The translations under genes were made by a program, and so were the position numbers. 64,000 nt of DNA from a bacterium (GTDB lineage Bacteria > Krumholzibacteriota > Krumholzibacteriia > G020349025), in contig JANLSU010000003.1 of assembly GCA_031362565.1 (NCBI GenBank), forward strand, positions 40,512 through 104,511, written 5' to 3'. Positions 9,067 to 19,455 of the stretch are shown here, piece by piece. Positions within the stretch are counted from its first letter, which is position 1, and each line of letters opens with the position of its first letter. The notes under the pieces were generated by a model. It did not search any database, was not told the DNA's origin, and saw only the letters and a program-made list of their open reading frames with translations.

Positions 9067-10437
9067 TTATCGCGACTCCGGAGTATTGAGATTCAACGCC
9101 GCCAACATTTCGTCGTTGGTCGTGAACTTGAACTCGTCACGTCCGAGGCGTTCGGCTGCGGCCCGTTCGAGGCGTTCGAGTTCGTTCCACTGCGCGGCTC
9201 CGACGACCGGCTTGCCGGTGCGCTCCAAGCGCGCCTGCAACTCGGCCCAACCCGCACCGGCGCCATTCTGCGCCGGGCGTGCGGCCAAGGCCTGCAGCAT
9301 GGCAAACGCCCCTTGGTTGCCGTCTTTGCGCGCCACCCCGACGAGCCCCGTACTCGGTGAGCGCGCCCATCCGGCCAGAAAAACCTGGTCGAGCGGGGCG
9401 CCCGTGCCGGGATCGAGTGCTTCGTACGAAATTCCCTCGACCGGGTACCGCGGCGCGGGATGCACCGCGAACGCATTGCGCTCGATCGCGAGCCCCAGGT
9501 CCGCGTCGACGCTATCGCCCACCGCGAACACCACCGTGTCACAGGCAATCACGCGCCGCCGGCCGGTGCCCTTTGCCTGCACGGCGTTCGCACCCTGCAC
9601 GAGCACGTTATCTTCAACTTCGAGCCCAACGACGTGTCCCGACTCCCCGACGATGCGCGCCGGCGATGCCAGGAACTCGAGACGAAAGCGCGTCGCGGAA
9701 TTCGGCTCCGGCGCCTTGGCCAAAGCCGCCACGATGAAGGCCCGCGCGGCGGCCACATCCTGCCCCAGGGCTTCCATCGCCGGCCGCACCCGGCCGATTT
9801 CCGCATCGAGTGCCGCGACATCCAAGTTACGCGCCACGTATTCCATCTCGGCGCGGTCGAATTTCACTTCGGCGGGGCCGCGCCGCACCACGGCAACCAC
9901 TTCGTCGACGCGCAAATGGCGCACCAGCCAATGCGCGATGTCGAGCATGACGTTGCCGGCACCGACGATCGCCACCCGGCGTCCGATGGCATATGTACGG
10001 GCGGCGAACGGCGGCAGCAGGTTGTAGTGGTAGACGAGATCCTTCGCATGGTGCACGCCCACCAGATCCTCACCGGGCAGCCCGAGCCACTTGGTGCCCT
10101 GTGCGCCCACGGTGACGAGCACCGCGTCGCAACCGAGCGCGCGCAGCTCGTCGAGCCGCAAGTCGCCGTGGCGTCCGACTGTGACATTGCCGAAGTACTC
10201 CACTTGCGGCGACGACAGAATCTGACGAAACTGTTTGCGCAGGCCGTCCTTCATCTTGTGCTTGGTGGGAAAGATGCCGTATTCGGCCAGGCCCCCGGGC
10301 TTGATGTCGCGATTGAAGAGCGCGACGTGCGCGCCGCGCGCCGCAAGCACCTGCGCCGCATACAAACCCGCCGGCCCGGCGCCGATGACGGCGACACGAG
10401 CCTCCACTTGGGGCGCACTGGGGGTGCTGGCGCTCAA
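9067..10437 (-). CDS. Adrenodoxin reductase-like ferredoxin-NADP+ reductase (FprA type)
   Basis: VIGAGPAG, GGLAEYGI, VGAGNVMLDIA, RRGP, GWAR. TTG 10437 is 6 nt from GGAGG (ORF track starts at 10482). Confidence 0.85.
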   Translation of the reverse strand: MSASTPSAPQVEARVAVIGAGPAGLYAAQVLAARGAHVALFNRDIKPGGLAEYGIFPTKHKMKDGLRKQFRQILSSPQVEYFGNVTVGRHGDLRLDELRALGCDAVLVTVGAQGTKWLGLPGEDLVGVHHAKDLVYHYNLLPPFAARTYAIGRRVAIVGAGNVMLDIAHWLVRHLRVDEVVAVVRRGPAEVKFDRAEMEYVARNLDVAALDAEIGRVRPAMEALGQDVAAARAFIVAALAKAPEPNSATRFRLEFLASPARIVGESGHVVGLEVEDNVLVQGANAVQAKGTGRRRVIACDTVVFAVGDSVDADLGLAIERNAFAVHPAPRYPVEGISYEALDPGTGAPLDQVFLAGWARSPSTGLVGVARKDGNQGAFAMLQALAARPAQNGAGAGWAELQARLERTGKPVVGAAQWNELERLERAAAERLGRDEFKFTTNDEMLAALNLNTPESR

Positions 10438-10485
10438 CAAGGCCCTCCGATTCAAACTGCAACGATCGCTGGGACACGCCATCGT

Positions 10486-10493
10486 ACTATAAT
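10486..10493. promoter_or_regulatory. Overlapping divergent -10 hexamers
   Basis: ACTATAAT gives TATAAT on + (10488-10493) and TATAGT on - (10491-10486), between divergent genes. Confidence 0.5.
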
Positions 10494-10589
10494 CGAGCCG
10501 CTCTGAAAGCGGTCCTCCACCGCGTGTCTCCCACCGTCCGGGACGCTTGGATCGGGGAGCCTATTCGTACCTCGAGGGGAGCCTCACAG

Positions 10590-11294
10590 ATGACACGTTT
10601 CTGCGCTGCGTTGGTCGCGATTTTGGTGCTGCAGGGCAGCGCAACGGCGGCGCCGGTCGCGAAGGCCGGCAGTTCGGTGCGCGGGGCCCGCACGCCGGAC
10701 AATGCAGCGTTGCAGGAAGCTTCCTCGCCATTCGAAGATATGATCGAATTTGCGGTCGCCGCCGACACCGTGGGCATGGATCGCGCGCTGACCGCGTACG
10801 GGCGTTATGCCACCCGGGCCCGGGCTGCGCTGGGTGACCACGGTCGCGCCGGTCTCGATTCGCTCGTGGCGGTCATCCATACGGCGCGCCGCGCACACGA
10901 CGGGAGCTCGGTGGCGTTTGCCGCTGCTGCCGCCTACCGGATCCTGGTCGATGGCCTGGATGAACGCACCTTGGTGGTGCCGAAAGCTGTCGCCTTGCTC
11001 GATTGGGTCGGTTTCGAGCTGGGCCTCCAAGCCGGTGCGGCATCGCCCGACTGGGTCGCAATGCAGCGCACCGGGCAAGAAGCCAATACGCTTTGGGCGA
11101 GCGTCCGCAATCGCGTCAAGGATCATGGATTGCAAGATGTCGTGGATGCGACCTTCCGCGGCATGACGCAAGCTATCGCCGCCCATGACGCACCGATGGC
11201 AGCGTTTGCGGCAGAGATCGATCTCGGCCTTGTGGATCTTCTCGAGGCGTACTTCACTCGCGCGAGAGCCAGCGCGCCGGCTGCAGGAAAGTGA
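10590..11294 (+). CDS. Hypothetical exported alpha-helical protein
   Basis: Signal peptide MTRFCAALVAILVLQGSATA; GAGGGGAG RBS. No family recognised. Confidence 0.7.
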   Translation: MTRFCAALVAILVLQGSATAAPVAKAGSSVRGARTPDNAALQEASSPFEDMIEFAVAADTVGMDRALTAYGRYATRARAALGDHGRAGLDSLVAVIHTARRAHDGSSVAFAAAAAYRILVDGLDERTLVVPKAVALLDWVGFELGLQAGAASPDWVAMQRTGQEANTLWASVRNRVKDHGLQDVVDATFRGMTQAIAAHDAPMAAFAAEIDLGLVDLLEAYFTRARASAPAAGK

Positions 11295-11363
11295 CGAGTC
11301 ACCGTTCCCGGCGTCCTGCTGGCGCACCCTTGGCAGGCCTGCTAGCCTGCCAAGTGGAGGACA

Positions 11364-12140
11364 ATGACGTTTCCTGATTTCAACGGCCGGCGCGCGTTGG
11401 TCACCGGCGCGACGAGCGGCATCGGCCGCGCGACCGCGCTCGCCATCGCACGGGCCGGCGGCACGGTCATGGCGACCGGCCGTAGCGCCGCAGCGCTCGA
11501 TCACCTGATGCGCGAGCCGGCCGGCACGTCCGGACGCCTCGCCATTTGCGCCGGCGACCTCACCGACGAATCGTTTCGCGCCGCCCTCATCACGCGCGCC
11601 ATCGCCGAGTTCGGTGGGCTCGACGTGCTGGTCAATGCCGCCGGCATCATTCAGAGCGCCGACTGGAAAGCCACCACGCTCGAATCCTGGGACCGGATGT
11701 TCGATATCAACCTGCGGAGCGTCTTCGCGCTGACACAACACGCTTTGCCGCATCTGATCGAGTCGCGCGGCGCCATCGTCAACGTGAGCAGCGTGACGGG
11801 TCCGCGGGCTTTTCCCGGCGTTCTCGCCTATTGCGTCAGCAAAGCCGGCGTCGATCAACTGACACGCTGTTTGGCGCTCGAGCTCGCGCCGCTCGGGGTG
11901 CGCGTCAACGCCGTCAATCCCGGCGTCGTGCGCACCAACTTGCACCGCAACGGCGGCATGGAAGAAACGCGTTACGCAGCGTTCCTCGAGCACAGCAAGA
12001 CGACCCATCCGATGGGGCGAATCGGCGAGCCCGAGGAAGTCGCCCAGCTCATCGGCTTCTTGGCGTCCGATTCGGCCGGTTGGATCACCGGCGAGACGAT
12101 CGCCATCGATGGCGGCCGCGCCCAGACCTGCGCCCGCTAG
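11364..12140 (+). CDS. Classical SDR oxidoreductase
   Basis: TGATSGIG, NAAG, NVSS, YCVSK, IDGG; GGAGG RBS. Confidence 0.95.
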   Translation: MTFPDFNGRRALVTGATSGIGRATALAIARAGGTVMATGRSAAALDHLMREPAGTSGRLAICAGDLTDESFRAALITRAIAEFGGLDVLVNAAGIIQSADWKATTLESWDRMFDINLRSVFALTQHALPHLIESRGAIVNVSSVTGPRAFPGVLAYCVSKAGVDQLTRCLALELAPLGVRVNAVNPGVVRTNLHRNGGMEETRYAAFLEHSKTTHPMGRIGEPEEVAQLIGFLASDSAGWITGETIAIDGGRAQTCAR

Positions 12141-12155
12141 GGAGGTCTAACCGCG

Positions 12156-12836
12156 ATGATTCCACTGCGCGACGCGCAAAAGACCCAGTCGTTTCCCATC
12201 GTCAACATCACGTTCATCGCCATCAACATCTGCGTCTTCTTGTACGAGATGTCGCTCGGGCGCAACCTCGAGGGATTCATCCAGTCCGCGGCTTTCGTAC
12301 CGGCGGATTTCTTCCAGCCCGGCAACGTCGTCGCCGACGCGCGGTCGGTGTTCGTGTCCATGTTCTTGCATGGCGGCTGGATGCATTTGATCGGCAACAT
12401 GCTCTACCTGTGGATCTTCGGCGACAACATCGAGGACCGGCTCGGGCATGTGAAGTACGTGGTGTTCTACGTCCTGTGCGGCTGGGCGGCGACGCTGGCC
12501 CATGGCTTCGCCGCCATGTCGTCGCAAGTGCCGGCGATTGGTGCGAGCGGTGCCATCGCCGGGGTGCTCGGCGCTTACCTGTTGCTTTTCCCGCACGGCC
12601 GCGTGCTGACCCTCGTCCCGTTCGGTCTCTTCACGCAGATTCGCGAGCTGCCGGCGATCTTGGTGCTGGGAATGTGGTTCGTGCTGCAGTTCTTCAGTGG
12701 CATCTTGAGCCTTGGCGCCCGTGAACAAACGGGCGTTGCCTGGTGGGCGCACATCGGCGGTTTCGTGGCCGGCATGATCCTGATCAAAGTCATGAGGGCC
12801 CGCCAGGCACCGCCGCCGGAGCGCGGGTTCTTCTGA
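12156..12836 (+). CDS. Rhomboid family intramembrane serine protease
   Basis: MFLHGGWMHLIGNM, GASG, AHIGG. Confidence 0.95.
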   Translation: MIPLRDAQKTQSFPIVNITFIAINICVFLYEMSLGRNLEGFIQSAAFVPADFFQPGNVVADARSVFVSMFLHGGWMHLIGNMLYLWIFGDNIEDRLGHVKYVVFYVLCGWAATLAHGFAAMSSQVPAIGASGAIAGVLGAYLLLFPHGRVLTLVPFGLFTQIRELPAILVLGMWFVLQFFSGILSLGAREQTGVAWWAHIGGFVAGMILIKVMRARQAPPPERGFF

Positions 12837-13244
12837 TCAGGGCCCGAAGGCCTTCTTGAGCACGCCGATCTGCCCCGAGTGATACAACTCGTGATCGACG
12901 ATGCCGTGCAGCATGGTCGCGAACGCCGTCCCCGTGCCGAGCGCCGGATCCGGCGGCCCGCCGACGATTTGCGGCAGACGGGCCGGATCGAACTCTTGCA
13001 ACGCCCCGATCAGTGCGGCGTGGATGCTTTCGTGCGCCGCGAGCATCTTGTCCCAAGCCGCCGGACTTGCATCCCGCACCTCGGGCCAATCACCTTCGGC
13101 GGGCAACGCGGGCTTCGCACCGGCCTTCAGGCGGCGCAGCACTTCACCCTGCCAGGCGTTCATGTGCAGGAGAATCTCCCAAATCGAGTGCGCTGTTGGA
13201 ATCGGCCGCGCCGCGGCTTGCGCGGCCGTGATCCCGGCGAGCAC
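12837..13244 (-). CDS. DinB family protein, possibly N-terminally truncated
   Basis: AAARPIPTAHSIWEILLH...DWP...HELYHSGQI. First plausible start is GTG 13244; the upstream part of the long ORF overlaps the divergent gene. Confidence 0.75.
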   Translation of the reverse strand: MLAGITAAQAAARPIPTAHSIWEILLHMNAWQGEVLRRLKAGAKPALPAEGDWPEVRDASPAAWDKMLAAHESIHAALIGALQEFDPARLPQIVGGPPDPALGTGTAFATMLHGIVDHELYHSGQIGVLKKAFGP

Positions 13245-13419
13245 CGCGCCTTGGGCATGCAGCCTCTTGATGCACCCCCGCGACGCCGGCGGCGGCCTGG
13301 CGTAAGATGCGCCGCGGGCTCGCTCGCTTGGCCAAGGGGTGACTGGCGCTCGCGCCGTCCAGGGCCCACGGCCTCCGCACCCGCGAACCAAGGCCTCGCC
13401 GCGCCAGGAGTCGATTCGC

Positions 13420-14310
13420 ATGCGTCTGAGATTCGCCGCCGCGCTCGCCGCTGCGGTCTTGGCTTGTGCCGGCCGTGCCGCGGCGCAAGCGGTCATCCCC
13501 AACCAAATGCACAACTCGTTCACCTTCGAATTGCATAGCGTCAAAGACGAAGTGCTCGTGTACGAAGGCGATCCGCAGTACCTCCTCAAGGCCGACATCC
13601 AACCGGTCAACACGCTCTATCCGCGCATCGAATTCACCAACGCCAACCAGGTAGTCGTGCTGCGAATACGCGATTTGTCGCTCTTCGACGTCGCGACGAT
13701 CGATTCGGCGCGCGCCGCGGAGGACGCCGAACTGGGCATCCACGATGATCAGATGGACAAACCGCCATTGTCGCAAGTGTGGGAAGTGCAGCTCGCGCCG
13801 GCTTGCGGCGGCGACTATGTATTGCAGTGCGACGGCGGCAAGGGCGTGTTCGATTTTACGGACCTGCCGGTGCAAATGGTCCAGCTCATGGCCGACACGA
13901 CAAACGTGCAGGTGGCGTTCAAGCGCCCGAATCCCACCGTACTCGAACGCTTCAAGCTCACAGTGCGCGCCGGCAAGGTGCAATTCGAATCTTTTCTGAA
14001 CGCCCGCGCCAAGTCGACGACGCTGCAACTCGACAACTCCGACTGCACACTCGACTTCACCGGCACGCCGTTCACCGGCGATTGCGAGGTATTCTTCGAG
14101 GGCGAACCCAAGCGCTTGCGCATCACCGTACCGCACAACACCGGTTTGCATGTCGAAGGCCCATCGGCGATCGTAACCCGGTTCGACCGGGCCGGAATGG
14201 CCGTCGTAGGCTCGGCACTCGAAACCGCCGACTTCGCTGTCCAGCGCTGCAAACTGCGGTTGTATTTTTCGCAGCCGCTACCGAAGTTCGAGATCCACTG
14301 GTCCGAATGA
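13420..14310 (+). CDS. Hypothetical exported beta-rich protein
   Basis: AGGAG RBS; signal peptide MRLRFAAALAAAVLACAGRAAA. No family confidently recognised. Confidence 0.75.
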   Translation: MRLRFAAALAAAVLACAGRAAAQAVIPNQMHNSFTFELHSVKDEVLVYEGDPQYLLKADIQPVNTLYPRIEFTNANQVVVLRIRDLSLFDVATIDSARAAEDAELGIHDDQMDKPPLSQVWEVQLAPACGGDYVLQCDGGKGVFDFTDLPVQMVQLMADTTNVQVAFKRPNPTVLERFKLTVRAGKVQFESFLNARAKSTTLQLDNSDCTLDFTGTPFTGDCEVFFEGEPKRLRITVPHNTGLHVEGPSAIVTRFDRAGMAVVGSALETADFAVQRCKLRLYFSQPLPKFEIHWSE

Positions 14311-14347
14311 CGCGCTCCTCGAGCCACGCCGCTTCTTGGAGGGACAA

Positions 14348-15409
14348 ATGCCGCACAACGAGTGGACCGGCGCCGCGCGCTGGCTCGTGCCCCTGGTGCT
14401 GTTCGCCACCGTGCTCGTGGTCGGCGTGCTGCTGCGCGCCCTTGCCATGCGCGGCCTCGACCGCTGGTCCAAGAGCACGACGACGCGCGCCGACGATCTC
14501 GTGGTCGCCGCCATCCGTTGGCCCTCGTACCTTTGGATCTTGATCCTGGCGACCATTGCCGCGCTGCACACGATCGACCTCCCGGGCGAGCAGGCTGACA
14601 TGGCGGTGCGGCGCGGGCTCGAGGCGCTGCTCGAGCTTTCGGTCACCATCGGCTTGGCGCGCCTGCTGGGCGAACTGGTCCAGAATTCCCGCAACGACCT
14701 GCCGCCGCACCTCGCAATCGCTTCGACCGGATTGCTCCGCACGATCGTCCGGGTGGGCACGGTCATCGTCGGGATCCTGGTCATGCTGGGGACACTCGGC
14801 ATCAACATCGCGCCGATTCTGGGCGCGCTCGGCGTCGGCGGCCTGGCAGCCGGCCTGGCATTGCAGCCGACGCTGTCGAATCTCTTTGCTGGTTTTCAGA
14901 TCGCCGTGACCAAGCAGGTGCGGGTCGGGCATCGCATTCGCCTGGCGAGCGGTGAAGAGGGCTACGTCACGGACATCGCCTGGCGCACGACGACTTTGCG
15001 CACCCCTACGAACCACCTGGTGATCATTCCGAATTCCAAATTCGCGGACAGCATCATGACCAACTTCAATCTGCCCGATCCGCCGGTCAGTATCGTCGTG
15101 CCGCTCACGGTCGCGTACGATTCCGACCTACGGCGGGTCGAATCGGTGTTGCTGGCGGAGACCGAGCGGCTGGTGGCCGAGCTGCCGCAGCTCGTGAACG
15201 ACTTCGAACCCGTGGTGCGTTTTCTGGCGTTCGGGGAGTCGGGCGTGCAGTTCAACGTCACGGTACGGGCGCACGACTTCGAGTCCCAGTATGGCGCTTG
15301 GAACGAGATCTACCAGCGGTTGATCGAATGCCTGCGGCGGGAAAACATCGCCATTCCATTTCCGACCCGCAACGTCTATCTGCGCGGCGAGGTGCCACCG
15401 CGGGCGTAG
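14348..15409 (+). CDS. Small-conductance mechanosensitive channel (MscS family)
   Basis: LGVGGLAAGLALQPTLSNLFAG, GYVTDIAWRTT, IPNS, VAYDSD, IPFPTR. Confidence 0.93.
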   Translation: MPHNEWTGAARWLVPLVLFATVLVVGVLLRALAMRGLDRWSKSTTTRADDLVVAAIRWPSYLWILILATIAALHTIDLPGEQADMAVRRGLEALLELSVTIGLARLLGELVQNSRNDLPPHLAIASTGLLRTIVRVGTVIVGILVMLGTLGINIAPILGALGVGGLAAGLALQPTLSNLFAGFQIAVTKQVRVGHRIRLASGEEGYVTDIAWRTTTLRTPTNHLVIIPNSKFADSIMTNFNLPDPPVSIVVPLTVAYDSDLRRVESVLLAETERLVAELPQLVNDFEPVVRFLAFGESGVQFNVTVRAHDFESQYGAWNEIYQRLIECLRRENIAIPFPTRNVYLRGEVPPRA

Positions 15410-15430
15410 GACGTGCGCCGGGGGCCCCGG

Positions 15431-15946
15431 TCAGGGCGCGACGACGGTGAGCGTGATGGGCTGGGACGTGAAGTGGGCGTGCACTTCGTGCCACATCGCC
15501 ACGGTCATGCTCGTGGTCCCCACCTTCTTGCCCGTGATGTTGAAGCGCCAGCGCAAAGCGGGGTCACGCGTCACGGTGGCCAGCGTCGGGTCGAGCATCT
15601 CGACTTCGAAACGCATGATGTCGCAGTCGTTGGCGATGTGAAGCGGCACGGCGTTCTGATCGAGAAACGTCACCTCGATCGCTTGCGGCGCGGCGTCCTT
15701 GACGATCGACATGCTGCCCCTGGTGTGGAACCCGAACTGATAGAAAACTTCGCTGTCGTTCGACACCAAGTCGACGCCGCCGGCGAATTCGATATGGCCG
15801 CAGATGCCATTGTCGACTGCGGGGCCTGAAGGTCCACTCCCGCAGCCGGAGGCCAGAAGCAACGCCGCGAGACCGGCGCCGGCGATCGTCCGCCATACGA
15901 TGCGACGCAAGGAGCGCGTCCGGGGCTGGGTCGACGTGGCGTGCAT
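15431..15946 (-). CDS. Hypothetical lipoprotein
   Basis: Lipobox LLASGC after a basic N-terminus; Ig-like beta-rich C-terminal part. Confidence 0.7.
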   Translation of the reverse strand: MHATSTQPRTRSLRRIVWRTIAGAGLAALLLASGCGSGPSGPAVDNGICGHIEFAGGVDLVSNDSEVFYQFGFHTRGSMSIVKDAAPQAIEVTFLDQNAVPLHIANDCDIMRFEVEMLDPTLATVTRDPALRWRFNITGKKVGTTSMTVAMWHEVHAHFTSQPITLTVVAP

Positions 15947-16055
15947 GGTGGACCCTCGATCGGCTACGGAACGTCTGCGGCCCGCGCCGGCTTGGCGCCG
16001 GACCACTGGACCCTGTCAGTATAACCTCTGACCTCGCGGGGGTCCACCGCCGCCC

Positions 16056-17840
16056 TCAGGGGGAGGTGGCGCAACTCGCTTCCACGAGCTTCTGCAGGGT
16101 CGGCAACGTCACGGCGCCGTTCCGCAGCACCGTGTCATGAAAGGCCCGGATGTCGAAGCGCTCCCCCATCGAGGCCTTGCAGCGCTCGCGCAGGCGCAGA
16201 ATTTCCAACTGCCCGAGCTTGTAAGCCAGCGCCTGTCCAGGCCAAGTGATGTAGCGATCGACCTCGTTGACGATGTTGTTCTCGGCCAGTGCGGTGTGCG
16301 CCAGCATGAAATCGATGGCCTGCTGGCGGCTCCAGCCCATCGCGTGCATGCCGGTGTCGACGACCAGCCGGCAAGCGCGCCAGGCATCGAAGCTCAACAT
16401 GCCGATGCGATCCAAGTCGCTCGAATACAAACCCATCTCGTTCGCGAGCCGTTCGGAATAGAGTCCCCAGCCTTCGACGAACGCGGTGCATCCCAAGTGC
16501 TTGCGAAACTCCGGTACGCCGGTCAGCTCTTGCGCGATGGCAATCTGCAAATGATGCCCCGGCACGGACTCGTGAAACGCCAGCACCTCGGCCTCGTACT
16601 TCGGCCGCGTCTCGGGCGCGTAGGTATTGATGTAGTAGCGCCCCGGGCGCGAGCCGTCGATCGCCGGCTGGCGGTAGTAGGCGATCGTCGAGTTCACTTC
16701 TTCGTGCGCTTCGATGCGCGTCACTTCACACGCGGTGCGCGGTTGAATGTTGAACCATTTCGGGACCGCCGCCTGAGCCCGCGCTAGCGTCGTTGCCGCC
16801 TTCGCCGCGACTTCATCGCGGCTGCTGAAGTGGAGCGCCGGGTCGGTGCGCAACCGCCGCAAGATCTCGGCGTGGTCGGTTGTGCCGAGCACTTTGGCGC
16901 CGAGTTCGGTCATTTCGCGATCGATGCGCTCGACTTCCTGCAGGCCGATCTTGTGAATGCGGTCGGGGGCGAGATCGAGCGAGGTTTGGATCCGGGCGAG
17001 AGTGCGATACGCTTCGGCCCCACCGGGCAGATTGACGAGCCCTACTTTGTCCTGCGGGCGCGCCACGGGCAGGACCTCGGCGTGGAGGAACTCGCGGTAC
17101 CTCGCGAACGCCGGCCGCACGCCGGTATCGATCGCCGCCTGCAAGTCCTTGGCAAAGTTCTCGCGATCTGCCGGGCTCCATTCGGCGGGCAAGGTGTGCG
17201 CCGGTTCCATGAGCGCCCATTCGGATGTCGGTTGGGCCGCGAGCGCATCCAGTTCACTCACGACGCGTTCGACCTGCGATGCGGTCGCCACACGCTTCTC
17301 GGCCATACCACGCCGCAAGTTCGCCATGAGATCGTCCACCCACGGTCCCATCGCCCGCCAGCGCTTGACGAGCGCGCGCGCCTCGGCCTTGGTCCGCAGC
17401 GGCTGTTGCGATGGGATGTTGAAAAACGCGACCTGCGGGCCATCGAGCGGATCGACGTTCCAGGCGACGAGGTCACACGCGAGCCGGTGGAGATCGTCTT
17501 CGATCGCCTGGTGCAGCATGTCACGATTGACGCGGTCGGCTTCCGACAACACTTCGGGCGCGATCAGGCCGACGCGGTTCTGCAGTGCTTCGAGCCGGAG
17601 GCGCTCTTTCTTGCGGCCCGCGGCGGTGATCTCGGAAAGCCGCTCGTCGAAGCGCCGGTCGCCGAGCGATGTCGCATCGACGGGATTCGCTTGCTGATGC
17701 GCGTTCCAATAGTCGGCGCAGACCGCTGTCAGCTGTCCGGCCGCGGTGGTCGCGATGCCGGCGGCAGCGGCGACGGCAGGACGGCCGGCGCCCCAACTCA
17801 CGACGACGGCGATCGCTAGTGTCTTCGAAATCCAAGTCAT
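16056..17840 (-). CDS. DUF885 family protein (putative exported metallopeptidase-like)
   Basis: [44 protein letters not shown]-coupled to the upstream gene. Confidence 0.92.
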   Translation of the reverse strand: MTWISKTLAIAVVVSWGAGRPAVAAAAGIATTAAGQLTAVCADYWNAHQQANPVDATSLGDRRFDERLSEITAAGRKKERLRLEALQNRVGLIAPEVLSEADRVNRDMLHQAIEDDLHRLACDLVAWNVDPLDGPQVAFFNIPSQQPLRTKAEARALVKRWRAMGPWVDDLMANLRRGMAEKRVATASQVERVVSELDALAAQPTSEWALMEPAHTLPAEWSPADRENFAKDLQAAIDTGVRPAFARYREFLHAEVLPVARPQDKVGLVNLPGGAEAYRTLARIQTSLDLAPDRIHKIGLQEVERIDREMTELGAKVLGTTDHAEILRRLRTDPALHFSSRDEVAAKAATTLARAQAAVPKWFNIQPRTACEVTRIEAHEEVNSTIAYYRQPAIDGSRPGRYYINTYAPETRPKYEAEVLAFHESVPGHHLQIAIAQELTGVPEFRKHLGCTAFVEGWGLYSERLANEMGLYSSDLDRIGMLSFDAWRACRLVVDTGMHAMGWSRQQAIDFMLAHTALAENNIVNEVDRYITWPGQALAYKLGQLEILRLRERCKASMGERFDIRAFHDTVLRNGAVTLPTLQKLVEASCATSP

Positions 17841-19282
17841 GACACCTCTCTCTTGTGTCCGGACGTGGGCTCGACAGCCGGGCCGCCGAGGTCTCGCACC
17901 GCTTCGCCGTGCGGTCCACAATCCGGGTCCTGGACCTTGGCGGGCGCCGACTGGGTGGCCTGTTCGACTCGCACTTCGTAGCTCCGCCCATCGGATACGA
18001 ACGACGTGTTGTACTGCTTCGAGAGTTCTGGATGCTCCGGATCGCGCGGCCGGCCGAGTGCCGGCGCGTCATCCACCACGAAAACGTCGGCGCCCACGTC
18101 ACGGGCCCGGCCGATGGATTGCGCCACGGCACCCGCGAGACCATCCGCCGGATCCCAGCTATAGGCCGTGTTCGGCACGAACGCGACGCGCGGACTCAGG
18201 GTCTGAATCCACCCCAAACTGGTCGCGTTCGACAACCCGTGGTGGTGCAGCTTCGCGAAATTGACTTCCAGTTCGGGCGCCGGGAACGCATCGAGCATGC
18301 TCGCTTCGGCCGCGACTTCGGAGTCGCCGCCGATGACGAACCGCACGTCGCCGTAGGTGAATTGCAGGACGATCGACTCGTTGTTGATATCCGTGCCGCC
18401 GATATCGGTTGTTGCCCTGTAGCCCGCCGGGGTGCCGGCATTCAAGACCCGGATGGTCACCAAGTCGTCCCAGCGCAGCTCGAAGACGTTCGAGGAGCTG
18501 TCGAACCGGTGCAGAACGACGCGTATCCGCCCCTGAGCCGCCAGCGTCCGCAACAATTCGTCATACGCGAAACTATTCTGCGACTGGCTATTCTTCGGCC
18601 CGGAATCGAAGAACACGGCGCCGGGAAACGCGGCGGCGACCCCATCCGTGATCAATCCCGACGACCCGAGCTCTCCACCCAGGTGATCGATATGGGTGTG
18701 GGTCGCGAGCATCGCGTACATCTGTGTGACACTATGGTCGCGCAGGTAGGTCTTCACCGACTGTTCGGCGAGGCGCGTTCCACCATCGATGAGAATATGC
18801 CGCCCGCTCGACGGCATGGTGAGCAGATGGCTGTCGCCGAAACCGATGTGGATCATGGTCGAGATCAAGAGATTTGCGGTGGGGGCCGTCGTGGCGATAA
18901 AACTATCGACCGGCGAGTAGCCGGTGGGCGCGCCGCTCACTTGGTTCACGACCTGGTAATAGGTCTTCCGGCCTGGCGCGAGATCGAGCAACGCGACCGA
19001 ATGGTCGCGCGTCGACGCCCGGTCGAGGCGCTGCGCCGCATCCGGGTACGCCATGTGGTCGAAGACCGGGTTCGAAAACCTGAACGCGTAACGCACACTG
19101 CCACGGGCCGCTTTGTCGGTCTGCCACAAGATACGATTGGCGTCGACATGGACGCCGCTGCTCACCGCCGGCGGCGGTCCAACCGGGGCCACCGTCTTGT
19201 CGGCGCACGCGCCGATGATGCCGGCGGCAACTGCGAGACCACACAGGACGACGCGCGTCCGCAGGGAAAATGCTGGTGACAT
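17837..19282 (-). CDS. Lipoprotein with FN3/PAP-like N-domain and ComEC/Rec2-like metallo-beta-lactamase hydrolase domain
   Basis: Lipobox IIGAC; IGFGDS, LIDGG, THTHIDHLGG, NNESIVL, GDSE, LHHHG. Confidence 0.85.
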   Translation of the reverse strand: MSPAFSLRTRVVLCGLAVAAGIIGACADKTVAPVGPPPAVSSGVHVDANRILWQTDKAARGSVRYAFRFSNPVFDHMAYPDAAQRLDRASTRDHSVALLDLAPGRKTYYQVVNQVSGAPTGYSPVDSFIATTAPTANLLISTMIHIGFGDSHLLTMPSSGRHILIDGGTRLAEQSVKTYLRDHSVTQMYAMLATHTHIDHLGGELGSSGLITDGVAAAFPGAVFFDSGPKNSQSQNSFAYDELLRTLAAQGRIRVVLHRFDSSSNVFELRWDDLVTIRVLNAGTPAGYRATTDIGGTDINNESIVLQFTYGDVRFVIGGDSEVAAEASMLDAFPAPELEVNFAKLHHHGLSNATSLGWIQTLSPRVAFVPNTAYSWDPADGLAGAVAQSIGRARDVGADVFVVDDAPALGRPRDPEHPELSKQYNTSFVSDGRSYEVRVEQATQSAPAKVQDPDCGPHGEAVRDLGGPAVEPTSGHKREVS

Positions 19283-19455
19283 CGAAGCTCGGTCCCTTCA
19301 CGGGAGGCCGCGTTCTCGGGGGGAGATTTCAGCGCGCCGTGCCGTGCCCGGCGCGCGCCAAGGAGTCTACTCCTCCGCGACGAACGAATGCGACGCCCCT
19401 CGGGCGGCGGCGATGATTCAGGCCGTGGTCAGCCGTTCGGGCGTATACTTCACAT

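Noticed and set aside
11329..11354. 10-bp hairpin CTTGGCAGGC-N6-GCCTGCCAAG before the SDR RBS
   Set aside because: No U-tract and it does not cover the RBS; function cannot be supported.
12156..12836. Rhomboid as a rhombosortase for the C-terminal tails
   Set aside because: It looks like a generic rhomboid, and the tails have no transmembrane helix or GlyGly motif for intramembrane cleavage.
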